Virus record (IMG/VR): IMGVR_UViG_3300043640_000353
Span: 2,645-66,644 of that record
Origin: a virus
Length of the DNA: 64,000 nt
Direction: 5' to 3' (one strand)
How positions within the stretch are numbered: the first letter of the stretch is position 1; every line of letters begins with the position of its first letter. The notes under the pieces were generated by a model. It was given only the letters and a program-made list of their open reading frames with translations, was not told the origin of the DNA and made no database searches. Shown in pieces: positions 1 through 10,157 of this stretch. The position numbers and the translations under genes are program-made.

Positions 1-599
1 TTTAGGGTTTGTAATTTTGAAAATATGTTGGCTTCATTTGATCTTCGGGCAAAATCTAATGTTTCAGGGAAATTTCCCCCATCTAAAGTATGACCTCCCG
101 GTAATGGGCATGGTATTGCTTGCCACGTAGAGGTATATAAATCAGATGCACTTGCCGGTATAGTTATAATACCAATGGGAGTTTGATAGGTTGGATTAGT
201 GGGGTTCGGTGGAGTAGTTACCCCATTTGTTCCCCTTATTACTACATATACAGCGGCAGCTCCCCCAATGGTATTTACATCTTGATGTTCACATACAATT
301 AAATCACGCCTAATAAAGGCATTAGCGGCATTGGTTTGAACCACTAATCCGGGTATATCCTCATCTTCCTGTATTACATAGCCCTGTTTGGTAAGAATAA
401 TACCAGTTTTATTGGAAGATGATAAATCTTCTTTTGTTTGTTCTATACCCGTTAAATTGTGACTTAGGGTACATGTTAATCCCAAAGGTATCATAGTATC
501 AAACCCCCTATATCTACCGGGCTCAAGTATCCCCAATAATACTGTGTTCATAGTATTAGAATTCAGGTTTTCTTTAAAATTCCAATAAGCTTTTTGCAT
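1..599 (-). CDS. Partial CDS running off the left edge; probable tail fibre/baseplate-associated structural protein
   Basis: Translated by hand from ATG at 599: MQKAYWNFKENLNSNTMNTVLLGILEPGRYRGFDTMIPLG..., open to position 1; last gene of the tail operon in this window. Confidence 0.65.
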   Translation of the reverse strand, partial: MQKAYWNFKENLNSNTMNTVLLGILEPGRYRGFDTMIPLGLTCTLSHNLTGIEQTKEDLSSSNKTGIILTKQGYVIQEDEDIPGLVVQTNAANAFIRRDLIVCEHQDVNTIGGAAAVYVVIRGTNGVTTPPNPTNPTYQTPIGIITIPASASDLYTSTWQAIPCPLPGGHTLDGGNFPETLDFARRSNEANIFSKLQTL

Positions 600-600
600 G

Positions 601-1023
601 TTATATATTATTAATTGTTAGAATCCATTCGATCTCCAATTGGATGGAGGATGATTTATATACAGATAATCCGGATAATTCAGAAAATATGCCACCCAAG
701 CTAGATGCGAGTTTTAATTCATCCAGGGTATCATCAAATGATGCCTCATTAAAACGAGCATTAAATCGTACCTTATCATCTCCTGCGGGAAATGAAATTA
801 ACACTAAAGGAGAATCTGCTAATAATACCCCAGCTTTATAAACCGATATGGTATCAATAGCATATCCGGATTGTCTTCCTAGTGTATAAGCAATAATCTT
901 CCGAGCATTATTTACCAGGGCATTTTTTTTATCTACTAGCAAGTTTTTATTTCCATCTATATCAATGGAAAAAATCCTTACCCAACCAGTAGCCTGGGGT
1001 ATATTTTCTTTTATATTAGCCAT
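601..1023 (-). CDS. Hypothetical tail/baseplate protein (140 aa)
   Basis: ORF track; tightly packed in the tail operon. Confidence 0.6.
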   Translation of the reverse strand: MANIKENIPQATGWVRIFSIDIDGNKNLLVDKKNALVNNARKIIAYTLGRQSGYAIDTISVYKAGVLLADSPLVLISFPAGDDKVRFNARFNEASFDDTLDELKLASSLGGIFSELSGLSVYKSSSIQLEIEWILTINNI

Positions 1024-2473
1024 GGTATCTTAATATTATTTCGGTATTATTTAATAGCCCATTTGCCAATGAGCCTGAGGTATCTCTAGTTTTAATGGGT
1101 ATGGAAGATCCAATATTAGGTTTATCCACATAGAAAAAACCCTGAATAGAACCTAATATTACTTGTAATAGGTTAGAATTTATACCCTGAGTATTAATAA
1201 GGTATTCCCCAATATTATCATATGTAATTGTTATCCCCAAAATGGTATCATTTAAAGGTACATGGGTAGTTAAATAATTAGAGCTTTCAATGGTAGGATC
1301 ATCGGTACCAACTTGGGAAATATTTGCTTTATATTCTCTATAACCCGGGGCAAGTTGTAAATAATCAGATTCTTCAGGATTGGTTATAAAGGTATTTGAT
1401 CCTAAGCTATAGATTCCCAATTGAGATTGGTAATTTGAATCATATTTGTCCATTTCAAAAAATCCCGAAATAAAGTGTGATCCGCTGATTTGACCTAAAT
1501 GTCTCTGTTTAACCCCAAATTCAGCCGCCCTTTCTATAATATTATCAAAAATAGCACCCCTCTGGTTTACGGTATTAGCAGTTCCTAAAACCGTATTATT
1601 AAAAACATTGGGATTTCCCCATTGCCAATTTTGAAGAGAAATTTGAAATACCCTATTTCTTAATCGATCCCCCCTAACCTCTATAATATCTGTGGCCAAA
1701 TCATAAATTACCTTATCTACTTCCTCAATATACCCAACTCTTAAATTTGTCTTACTTAATTGTACATAAGCTGGACTAATTGTTGGATCAGTGCCATCTA
1801 CCAGGGTATGATCCGTTAACTGATAATGATAACCGTCCCATATAAATATATCCCCCGTATCATAGGTATCCAATTGTGCTGGATTTGTATCTATTACAAT
1901 TTCTTCGCCAGTGAAATTATCAACCAAATCAGTAATTGCCCATAAATCTGGTCTATCGGATAAAATCTTCATTGTTGAACCAGCAATGGAGATTACAACC
2001 CCAGTTGCAGAATTAGTAAGGTTTGTAACTGTATCACTTATTGAGAATGAGCCTATTAGGTTAGTAAAATCAAATTCTATGCAATTCCTATGCCATACTC
2101 CCCGTAAAGTTCCCGCGGGAATTGTAGTTTCATTAGATACCCCAGAATAATCTCCTATACCAGCAAAATCCGGATTTTTAAATATCCCCCAACCATGAGA
2201 TGTTAAATTTAAAGAATTTACAGCTCTGAGTATAATACCCCAATCAGCTTTTGCTCCAGCTAATGCCCCATCATTTGCATCCTCTATGCGATATAAACCC
2301 GGTTCTAATTCGCCATTGGTTTTTAAGATTCTTAAATCATATAAAGAAATATCCCTCGGTTGTACATCATCTAAGATATTAATATAAGAATCAAAAAAAT
2401 CCTCAAAATCAGATTGAGTTGGTTCATAATTAGTTACCCATAGGCTTTTTAAATAATCTCTAGTTTGTTTCAT
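1016..2473 (-). CDS. Putative tail fibre/virion structural protein (485 aa)
   Basis: N-terminus RDYLKSLWVTNYEPTQSDFEDFFDSY resembles a leader motif I recognise from Bacteroidota phage/eCIS fibre proteins; position after baseplate wedge genes. Confidence 0.55.
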   Translation of the reverse strand: MKQTRDYLKSLWVTNYEPTQSDFEDFFDSYINILDDVQPRDISLYDLRILKTNGELEPGLYRIEDANDGALAGAKADWGIILRAVNSLNLTSHGWGIFKNPDFAGIGDYSGVSNETTIPAGTLRGVWHRNCIEFDFTNLIGSFSISDTVTNLTNSATGVVISIAGSTMKILSDRPDLWAITDLVDNFTGEEIVIDTNPAQLDTYDTGDIFIWDGYHYQLTDHTLVDGTDPTISPAYVQLSKTNLRVGYIEEVDKVIYDLATDIIEVRGDRLRNRVFQISLQNWQWGNPNVFNNTVLGTANTVNQRGAIFDNIIERAAEFGVKQRHLGQISGSHFISGFFEMDKYDSNYQSQLGIYSLGSNTFITNPEESDYLQLAPGYREYKANISQVGTDDPTIESSNYLTTHVPLNDTILGITITYDNIGEYLINTQGINSNLLQVILGSIQGFFYVDKPNIGSSIPIKTRDTSGSLANGLLNNTEIILRYHG

Positions 2474-2476
2474 GTT

Positions 2477-3316
2477 TTAACTTATTTTAAAGGTTGATGT
2501 TCCAATTGCCATAAATCCAATGCCTACTCCAAATAATCTGCCATGGCAGTCAAATCCTTCGGCACTACTTCCCAATTTTTCTTGGGTATCCAGAGTTTCT
2601 CCAGAATCCGCTTTTAAATTTGAATCCAAAATAGTGTATTTTAAAAGGTTAATATTAATAATGTTTTCTACACATAAATTTACTTCCTCACATGCCTTAC
2701 CCCCATTTACTATACCAGCCAGATGGGCATTAATTGGCTGATTAAATTCTATAATTTTAATAAAAGTTGGTAATATCTCGTCTGGTACAAATGTATATAT
2801 TGGATCTGAGCAAGTTAATGTTGCTGGAGTTAATAAGGGATTTATTACAACTTCATATTCAGAACATGGTGGACATCCATTATCCAATCTTGCTCCCATA
2901 TCTAAAGTTGTACCATCATCTAAAGTATACCATTCATCTGGTGGTAATTCCGATATGGTAATATTAAATCCAATTAGGGAGAATAATAATTCATAAGCCT
3001 TAGCCGTACCTTTTATTTTATAAACCTGAATGATATAGGCCAATATTTTAGCATAGGCATCTGGATCACCCAATAAATCTGGAGGACTCCCCATAGTATA
3101 ACCCAAAGTTGTTAAATATTTTGGATCTGTTTCAAAGGGATTTATTATTTTTAAATAATTTTCAACCAATGGAGTTACCTCTTCATTAATTTCCATGCCA
3201 AAAATTTCCAAAAATCTTTCTAATAATCCCCTATCATTGATATCCCTGTAAGTATCATTTACCTTATAATATAAAGGTAATTGGCCAAAGAAAAAATTCT
3301 GAAAATTATAGGCCAT
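2477..3316 (-). CDS. Baseplate wedge protein (P2 gpI / T4 gp7-like)
   Basis: LERFLEIFG...DPKYLTTLGYTMG...IIQVYKIKGTAKAYELLFSLIGF pattern; directly downstream of the J-like gene. Confidence 0.7.
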   Translation of the reverse strand: MAYNFQNFFFGQLPLYYKVNDTYRDINDRGLLERFLEIFGMEINEEVTPLVENYLKIINPFETDPKYLTTLGYTMGSPPDLLGDPDAYAKILAYIIQVYKIKGTAKAYELLFSLIGFNITISELPPDEWYTLDDGTTLDMGARLDNGCPPCSEYEVVINPLLTPATLTCSDPIYTFVPDEILPTFIKIIEFNQPINAHLAGIVNGGKACEEVNLCVENIININLLKYTILDSNLKADSGETLDTQEKLGSSAEGFDCHGRLFGVGIGFMAIGTSTFKIS

Positions 3317-4989
3317 TATTCTATAGGTGGGATTAATTGTTCATTAATGGTAAGAGTAATATCATTGATATCAATGAATGGCATGGTAAAATCATCAACT
3401 TCAATATTTTTATTCCATGGGTAGGATGTAAAAGTCCAACTTTGCCCCGATATATATGAGGATGATACAATGGTGAATAATAAGGAGCTATCTGGATCTA
3501 TAAATGGCATACTAGTTGTAGCGGTACCCATAAACGTATTATTTTTTACCACATTAAATAATGTACCACCGGCAAATGTAATACGCCATAAACTTTTTGT
3601 GGTACTACCAACAAGCGATTGTCTAACCCAGAGTAATTGATTCATGTGATTAATGGGTCTAGCGTATGGCCTTGTTCCTAATCCGACTAAATCCACAAAT
3701 TCCACTTTGGGTAAATTATCCACCAAAGCAATTATATCAGATACCCTAATTTTTTTATTAATATTCTGGTTATCATAAGATCCAAATTTCACTAATGCCG
3801 CCTTAGTTTCGGAACTAACTAATATTGGATCTTCCCTAAATTTACAGGTTACTTCTAAATTTAATATTAGGTTTGTTTGACCAGCAGCCATAACATCAAT
3901 AAAGGTAGTTATCATTTTCCTATTGGTAACAAATCCAAATACAGATGTTAATAGGGGTGTAGAAGCAATACCCCCAAGTGTAGGAATAATATAAATTTTT
4001 ACCTTTTTACCACAATTAAAATAAACCTCTGATCTACCAACACCCGGAGCCATTCTAGTTATATCCCTATAATCCTGATCTGTAACTGCCCTATCCAATG
4101 TTCTTATCGATAATGGAGCATTTATTCTTATTCTTTCCAGATCCTCATAGGGTGAACCACCAGTTGAGGGATTTGGATTTGTTACCGTGACTGATGATAC
4201 ACCCGGTAATATAATTGAGGATACCAAAGTTGTAATTGAATTAGCCTCTACATTACCCAAAGTGGCAGTGGTTATATCATAATCGGCCATTACCGCAAAT
4301 GGCGTTGGGGGTATTTCCCCATTCGTACCATTGCCAAATACTACATAAGCTAACCCATCAACATCTATTTCGATGATATAATGTTTATCAGTGGGTGTTG
4401 ATAATCCCAGAGATGATACCGGGGTCCATATTGTACCATCTATATTTATTAATGAAGTACCATCAACATATGAACTGCCCAAGACGAAAGCCTGATTTAT
4501 TGCCCCCGTGGTGGTTCCTAAATTAACAGATGTTTGCCTAACAATTTGTTTTGCCCCCATTGTTGCGGATGTAACTCCAGATGGTACAGATAAATTTTGT
4601 ATGGTTACAAATGGTACATTATTACCAGTTTTTACCATAGTTCCAACTGGAATAACACCCGGACCAGTAGTTGCTGGGCTAAAGGTAAATGTAAGATCTG
4701 CGGTAGATGGGTAAGCAGCTTTAATCCTATAATCCAGTAGTTTTACTAATTTAACTATTGAGGTAAATCTTCTTGCGGTAGCAATAAAAGATTCCCTAGC
4801 CATATTATCTATATAATATCCAAACATTTCAGCCACACCAGCAAACATACTGACTATGACCACCAGTATATTAGATTCACTATGATCTGTTATTTCAGGA
4901 TTATTTATGGTTAATCTACCCAATAAAGAATCCTTTATTTGTTGGTAGCTTCTATCAACATAACCTACCCAAGTATTTTTAATTGCCAT
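3316..4989 (-). CDS. Baseplate J-like wedge protein (T4 gp6-like)
   Basis: DHSESNILVVIVSMFAGVAEMFGYYIDNMARESFIATA; FGNGTNGEIP; TGGSPYEDLERIRINAP...RAVTDQDY motifs. Confidence 0.9.
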   Translation of the reverse strand: MAIKNTWVGYVDRSYQQIKDSLLGRLTINNPEITDHSESNILVVIVSMFAGVAEMFGYYIDNMARESFIATARRFTSIVKLVKLLDYRIKAAYPSTADLTFTFSPATTGPGVIPVGTMVKTGNNVPFVTIQNLSVPSGVTSATMGAKQIVRQTSVNLGTTTGAINQAFVLGSSYVDGTSLINIDGTIWTPVSSLGLSTPTDKHYIIEIDVDGLAYVVFGNGTNGEIPPTPFAVMADYDITTATLGNVEANSITTLVSSIILPGVSSVTVTNPNPSTGGSPYEDLERIRINAPLSIRTLDRAVTDQDYRDITRMAPGVGRSEVYFNCGKKVKIYIIPTLGGIASTPLLTSVFGFVTNRKMITTFIDVMAAGQTNLILNLEVTCKFREDPILVSSETKAALVKFGSYDNQNINKKIRVSDIIALVDNLPKVEFVDLVGLGTRPYARPINHMNQLLWVRQSLVGSTTKSLWRITFAGGTLFNVVKNNTFMGTATTSMPFIDPDSSLLFTIVSSSYISGQSWTFTSYPWNKNIEVDDFTMPFIDINDITLTINEQLIPPIE

Positions 4990-4992
4990 GAT

Positions 4993-5388
4993 TTAGTATT
5001 GGGTTTGACTGTAGTAAGGATAAATAAATGAATTTTGTTGTTTTGTACTTACCACCTCATATTTAATGATGATATTTAAGATATACTCATCTCGGTTGAT
5101 TATGTCAACTTCTAGAATTTTTAATCTCTTTTCCCATTTAGATATTACTTCGGCAGTAAAATATTCTACTAGCGATTGAGTTATTAAATCATTTGGCTCC
5201 TGTAATAAATCTTCCAATCTACTGCCAAATTCACCCAGAAAAAATCTTGTACCAATATACCATGACATAATGGTTCTTATGCTGGATTCCAATAATTCCA
5301 TACCCCCGACTAATGGGGGTTTACCAGTAGAATCCAGTTGTATTGGAAATACTAATCCTTTGCCTATGAATTTATCTTGATTTGACAT
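4993..5388 (-). CDS. Baseplate wedge subunit, GPW/gp25 family
   Basis: GLVFPIQ...ESSIRTIMSWYIGTRFFLGEFGSRLEDLLQEPN...WEKRL. Confidence 0.9.
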   Translation of the reverse strand: MSNQDKFIGKGLVFPIQLDSTGKPPLVGGMELLESSIRTIMSWYIGTRFFLGEFGSRLEDLLQEPNDLITQSLVEYFTAEVISKWEKRLKILEVDIINRDEYILNIIIKYEVVSTKQQNSFIYPYYSQTQY

Positions 5389-5407
5389 CAGTTAAAAAAT
5401 TTTAGTC

Positions 5408-6628
5408 TTAATTCCAATTTGATGGGGCTCCGGTAGAATTTTTAACAGCCGTACCAGTTCTAAACCAAGCATATATTAAATTTGCCAGTAATTCAACACA
5501 TTGTTGGGAAGAAGCTCCCCCAGCTCCTAATACCCCAACTGGAATTAAATTTATCCTAGTGGGTGGTGGTACTGCGGTATATTCTGGAGCCATTCCTTGA
5601 GCAAGGCTTAGGGCATATATCTGAAGGGAGTTTTGAAGGATTTGGATAGGGTCTTTAGATGAACTAGGTAGAGCATCAAAATTCCTTTTCCGAGTTTTCA
5701 TAAATGTATTAAGGGTAGTAATATTGAATATACCATTCCTTCTCCAAAAAGGATCATGTGTAAAGTGATTCCTTTCAAATTCGGATTTATAAAATGAAAA
5801 GGGTTTTGAATTACTCACCCCCTGTAATTTTAGATAATCAGTATTTGGTGGATCTGACTGAGTTTTACTTACTGGGGTGTTTAAATAATCTGGTGCCAAT
5901 CCGGATTTTACATAATTGTTATAATAGGTGGATTTACTTAAAGATCCACCTATACCATTTACGTATAGGTACATTCCTATATCACCAGATGTTGCTGATT
6001 GGGCAACTGTCTTATTACCATATTCTGCAATAAATGAGTTATATATGGGTCCCCCCCCCGTTAATCTTTGGAATTCATTATATATAACGGTTGGTTTATA
6101 CAGGATAGTATCATCCCCAATAATACCATCTACTTGTAAGGGTTCAACAGTTCCATTGGCTATTTCTGGGGCATAGATTTCATTGTGTCTTGCCTGATTA
6201 TAAAATATGGCATCATCAGTTAAAGCTTTTGATGGATTTTGTTTGTTATAAGCTAATCGGATATTTTTAATGATAGTAAAATTTTCTGTTTGATCTAATG
6301 CGGGGTTTGACCTATATCCTATTTGATTAAGGTATGTATTAAAAAGGTACATACAATTTTCATCACTTCTGTAGCCTAGAGTAAAAGGTTCATAATAGGG
6401 TTGATCAGGTAAAGGTGGATTTAAACCTTTCATGGATTCAATAAAAAGATTTTTAGCCTTTTGCATATTAGAAGATGTAGGATGAATAGCTAAGGCAAAG
6501 AAATCCAGGGCATCACCCCACTTATTAGCCATATCATTAATATCAACTGGGGCTCCTGTAAATCCCGGGTATAATAAATCCAAAAATTTCCTTAATTCTA
6601 TGGTTAATGTTGGTTTATGTAATGCCAT
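5408..6628 (-). CDS. Baseplate-associated protein with a large central region containing a peptidoglycan-binding-like motif (406 aa)
   Basis: Between spike and gp25 genes; internal LQVDGIIGDDT resembles the PG_binding_1 L.vDG..G..T motif. Confidence 0.5.
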   Translation of the reverse strand: MALHKPTLTIELRKFLDLLYPGFTGAPVDINDMANKWGDALDFFALAIHPTSSNMQKAKNLFIESMKGLNPPLPDQPYYEPFTLGYRSDENCMYLFNTYLNQIGYRSNPALDQTENFTIIKNIRLAYNKQNPSKALTDDAIFYNQARHNEIYAPEIANGTVEPLQVDGIIGDDTILYKPTVIYNEFQRLTGGGPIYNSFIAEYGNKTVAQSATSGDIGMYLYVNGIGGSLSKSTYYNNYVKSGLAPDYLNTPVSKTQSDPPNTDYLKLQGVSNSKPFSFYKSEFERNHFTHDPFWRRNGIFNITTLNTFMKTRKRNFDALPSSSKDPIQILQNSLQIYALSLAQGMAPEYTAVPPPTRINLIPVGVLGAGGASSQQCVELLANLIYAWFRTGTAVKNSTGAPSNWN

Positions 6629-7368
6629 TAATCTGTGGTTGAAATTTTAGATAGAAAATTTTCAAACTCAGATTTTACCTGATCTAATTCCTGGGTTAAT
6701 AATGTAAAATCTGATGCATTCAATGGTGGCCCACTTGGACCCCAGGCAGTAGTTACTTGTATCCTACCGGAAGCATCCGATAATTTACCTGTGGCATCTA
6801 TAAGTCTTTCTAATAATCCCTTAAGTGTATTACCTAAAGGAATGGGTTCTGCTGAACCACCAGATTTACCCAATGATATGACATCTGAAACAAAACTTAT
6901 TCCATTATCAGTTATTTCAAGGTATTTACCATTGGTATTGGTTAATCTAACTACCTTATTTGTATCATCTAATTCAACCAGATGTCCTCCTGGAGTTTTA
7001 AACCAGAAATTGTTTATATTTTCTAATTCCTGGGGTTTTTCATTTTGTCCATTTGTATTTTTACCAAAATGTCCATAAGACCAGATTGGTTTCTTTGGAT
7101 CCCCAAACTCAAATTCAACATAAACCATACTACCAAGGGGTGGGATACATTGCATACCGTAACCTTCACCGGAAAAACAATTTTTTTGCCAAGCCCAATA
7201 TTCAAAAGTTTGACTCCCATAGATTTGGGGTACTTTTAATTGCAATCTACCATATCCGCTCGGATCATCATTTCTAACAACAAAACCCCTATAAGAGGAG
7301 TAATACCTTCCGAACTTTTCAAATCCCGAAACTATTAGTTGGTTGAATAATTGGGCTAACGCCGACAT
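6628..7368 (-). CDS. Baseplate central spike (gp5/VgrG/gpV-like, OB-fold)
   Basis: YRGFVVRNDDPSGYGRLQLKVPQ...IPPLGSMVYVEFEFGDPKKPIW; FKTPGGHLVELDD. Confidence 0.9.
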   Translation of the reverse strand: MSALAQLFNQLIVSGFEKFGRYYSSYRGFVVRNDDPSGYGRLQLKVPQIYGSQTFEYWAWQKNCFSGEGYGMQCIPPLGSMVYVEFEFGDPKKPIWSYGHFGKNTNGQNEKPQELENINNFWFKTPGGHLVELDDTNKVVRLTNTNGKYLEITDNGISFVSDVISLGKSGGSAEPIPLGNTLKGLLERLIDATGKLSDASGRIQVTTAWGPSGPPLNASDFTLLTQELDQVKSEFENFLSKISTTD

Positions 7369-7369
7369 C

Positions 7370-9112
7370 TTATTTTACTATGGGTTTTTCTGGTCCTATA
7401 ATCTTTAACTGTTCCATTAGAGATTTACCTTTTAATTCTTCTGGGTTAATTTGCTTATTTATTATAATCTTTTTATTTGTTTTTGGTATGGTTAAACTAT
7501 TAACCGCAACCTTGCTTGGTGTATCAGCCGATGTACTTCCCAGGGCATTCTTGGAAAGTTTCATTGTAGTTTTATATGGTCCCCTATTGGGTATGGAATG
7601 GGTACATTCCTCAATATAATAATTTCCCGAGTATTTTTTAGAAACATTTAAAACAGCTACAATCTTACCCGATTCCAATAAAGGATCACCCACAACTTCT
7701 AACTCAGCGGGATTCTTTTTTAATGAGGCATCTGCCTGGGCATTTGAACCTTTACCATAAGCTTCTTCCAAACTATGTTCTGGTGAAGGTATATTTTTAT
7801 TATTATCTACTGCCCTATTATAGGTAAATGTAGTCCCATGTGGAATAACAACTGCCGTAGCATCAATGGCTTCGGTATAAATACCATCCTTATTAAAAAA
7901 TCCCGGTGCCGCGGTATTATATGTTACAAAATGTACTATCCCATATTCGGCATTTAAAACAAAATTACCATCTAATACATCAGCTTTGGGTTTTTTAAAT
8001 TTAGGATCTTTCTTTACCTCGGTATTAGCCGGATGATCTAGTTGATATCTTAAAGATTTTTTATCAACCTTAATATCAGTTTGGGGTTTATCCGCATTAA
8101 TCTTTACTGCCCCCGGTTTACCTTCTAAAGGATAAACATAAACCTGGGACATTTGATTGGGACCTGTATTTACTTTCTTTTGAATTACTTCTGCATCTGT
8201 GGAATCTGGTAAACCAGAATTTTCAAATCTAGCTGGTACATCGGTGGTATCCCCCAATTTAGCCATCCCATTAGTAAAATCATTGGTATTAATATTATAG
8301 GCAGTTTTATCTTCAGGATTGAAAGCATCTATATTGATATTGGATGCAGATTGCTTTCTACTCAGATTTTTGGTTTCTGGGAAAAAACTAAGTAATAATC
8401 CTGAACCATCTGCATAAGTATAGGTTTTTAGTGGTTTTTGATTTAAATTTTTTGGTCTAACAATTAGGGCATCATCCCTACCATATACTTCTAGGGGTCC
8501 ATTTGGATCCCCATCTGCGGCATCTTTAAGAGCATGAAAATCACTCCTATTAGCTTGGGGTAAAACATCATATAATCTAAAATTTATTTGTTTGGGTACT
8601 GCTGTATTATCTACTGCAATGGTATAATTGCCATTATTATCAAAAAATCCCGGTTTGGCAATTCCAATTATTTCTGAAACATCTAATGATTTCCCATCTT
8701 CAGAAATCCCTTCATATCTTAATCCATTTTTTTCTGCAATATCCTTAGCTATGGAAACCACATTGCCTTTATGAACTGTTTTAGATGAGGTTGCTTTTAT
8801 TCTACTGGCCTTATCTGTGCAAAGTAAGTCTAAAGCTATTGTAGTTTCTGTATAACTTACTTTGATGTTGGTTATAACAACTTTTCTTGCTGCCTTTTCA
8901 TCTTCCCCAATATATCCCCAAATAACAGATAGTATTGCACCTTCTTGAAATTCGGGCCTATCGGGTAAATCAGTATCTAATTCCTCAATCCTTAATTGAC
9001 ATGTATCGTCTGCCTCCTGGGAATACTTATAATTAAAATCAGTTATCCTAGAAGTTATTTCTCCCAAAGAAGAATATACCTTTACATAGGGTGATCCAAA
9101 ACCGTCTTTCAT
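7370..9112 (-). CDS. Baseplate hub (P2 gpD / T4 gp27-like)
   Basis: DTCQLRI...GAILSVIWGY; C-terminal VVGDPLLESGKIVAVLNVSKKYSGNYYIEECTHSI. Confidence 0.8.
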   Translation of the reverse strand: MKDGFGSPYVKVYSSLGEITSRITDFNYKYSQEADDTCQLRIEELDTDLPDRPEFQEGAILSVIWGYIGEDEKAARKVVITNIKVSYTETTIALDLLCTDKASRIKATSSKTVHKGNVVSIAKDIAEKNGLRYEGISEDGKSLDVSEIIGIAKPGFFDNNGNYTIAVDNTAVPKQINFRLYDVLPQANRSDFHALKDAADGDPNGPLEVYGRDDALIVRPKNLNQKPLKTYTYADGSGLLLSFFPETKNLSRKQSASNINIDAFNPEDKTAYNINTNDFTNGMAKLGDTTDVPARFENSGLPDSTDAEVIQKKVNTGPNQMSQVYVYPLEGKPGAVKINADKPQTDIKVDKKSLRYQLDHPANTEVKKDPKFKKPKADVLDGNFVLNAEYGIVHFVTYNTAAPGFFNKDGIYTEAIDATAVVIPHGTTFTYNRAVDNNKNIPSPEHSLEEAYGKGSNAQADASLKKNPAELEVVGDPLLESGKIVAVLNVSKKYSGNYYIEECTHSIPNRGPYKTTMKLSKNALGSTSADTPSKVAVNSLTIPKTNKKIIINKQINPEELKGKSLMEQLKIIGPEKPIVK

Positions 9113-9417
9113 TACAGGATGGTTGATTTTATGCTATTAAAATCCGGAATTATTATTTGGGAATTTAATTCCAAAATAAAAGGATCCTCAATAATATTAT
9201 CATTGACATCTGCTATAATCCACCAATATTTGGAATTACCATAATTATCGTAGGCCAAATTCCAAAGTGTATCTGAATCTGTTACTATATGGAGTTTATC
9301 GCCAGCAGAAGGTTTATAGGTTATTTTAAATCTTTCTAGTGACCTATCTCCTTCATAGTAATCAATTATATAACCAGTTACATAGGGATTATCTGAACGT
9401 GTTGAAATGTTGCTCAT
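9112..9417 (-). CDS. LysM-domain baseplate protein (P2 gpX / T4 gp53-like)
   Basis: HIVTDSDTLWNLAYDNYGNSKYWWIIADVN. Confidence 0.85.
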   Translation of the reverse strand: MSNISTRSDNPYVTGYIIDYYEGDRSLERFKITYKPSAGDKLHIVTDSDTLWNLAYDNYGNSKYWWIIADVNDNIIEDPFILELNSQIIIPDFNSIKSTIL

Positions 9418-9420
9418 TTG

Positions 9421-10155
9421 CTAAGAATTTATATCCCTTATTTGATTAAGGGAAGAATTGAATTCTGTTAACCTCTTAAGGGTAATTTCCTGGTATGCTT
9501 GTTGTGGTAACATATTCCTATGAGCTTGGAATAAACTTAATTTATAGGGTGCAGATACCACAAGCCATGTTGACTTACTAAAAAGTTTATCATTCCATAT
9601 AAGTTTTATGGGGTGTGGGGGTTTATCAAATGAATCATTTTTGGTTAAGGCTTCCAACTTTTTACAATTGGTAATAACATCTTCCCTACTCTCAATATTT
9701 GCATACCAATCAAGGGTAAATTTTAGGGTGTCCTCAGAACCGGTATAATGATATAAAGGATTATTCCTACCCATGGATGCAATGGGTATAAAATTAGAAT
9801 CTGGAGTATAATCTAATTCCTGAGGAACAAATTGAATGGAAATCTGTTCCAAAGTAACTAAATCCTTTATAATTAACCCTCTATCTATTCTTTGGTTTGG
9901 TTTGATTTTTTCTGGTTTACCAGGACCACCTATTCTCCAATTGCTATCTGATTCTAAAGGAAATGCAGTTTCACCCAATCCTTTTAACATGGCTCTCTCT
10001 TTATTTCTTAATTGTTCATAAGTTGGTGTTTTTCTGGGAATACCAAAAAAACTCTGACCAGTTCTTTTATTGATAGATCTTCTTACTCCAGAAACAGTTA
10101 GGCTTAGTAAATCTGCTCCCAATGGAATTGGTGGTGGAACTATAGGTAAAGGCAT
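9421..10155 (-). CDS. Tail tube initiator (CIS tube protein / P2 gpU-like)
   Basis: IQFVPQELDY...GRNNPLYHYTGSEDTLKFTLDW...PHPIKLIW; between tape measure and LysM genes. Confidence 0.7.
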   Translation of the reverse strand: MPLPIVPPPIPLGADLLSLTVSGVRRSINKRTGQSFFGIPRKTPTYEQLRNKERAMLKGLGETAFPLESDSNWRIGGPGKPEKIKPNQRIDRGLIIKDLVTLEQISIQFVPQELDYTPDSNFIPIASMGRNNPLYHYTGSEDTLKFTLDWYANIESREDVITNCKKLEALTKNDSFDKPPHPIKLIWNDKLFSKSTWLVVSAPYKLSLFQAHRNMLPQQAYQEITLKRLTEFNSSLNQIRDINS

Positions 10156-10157
10156 AT

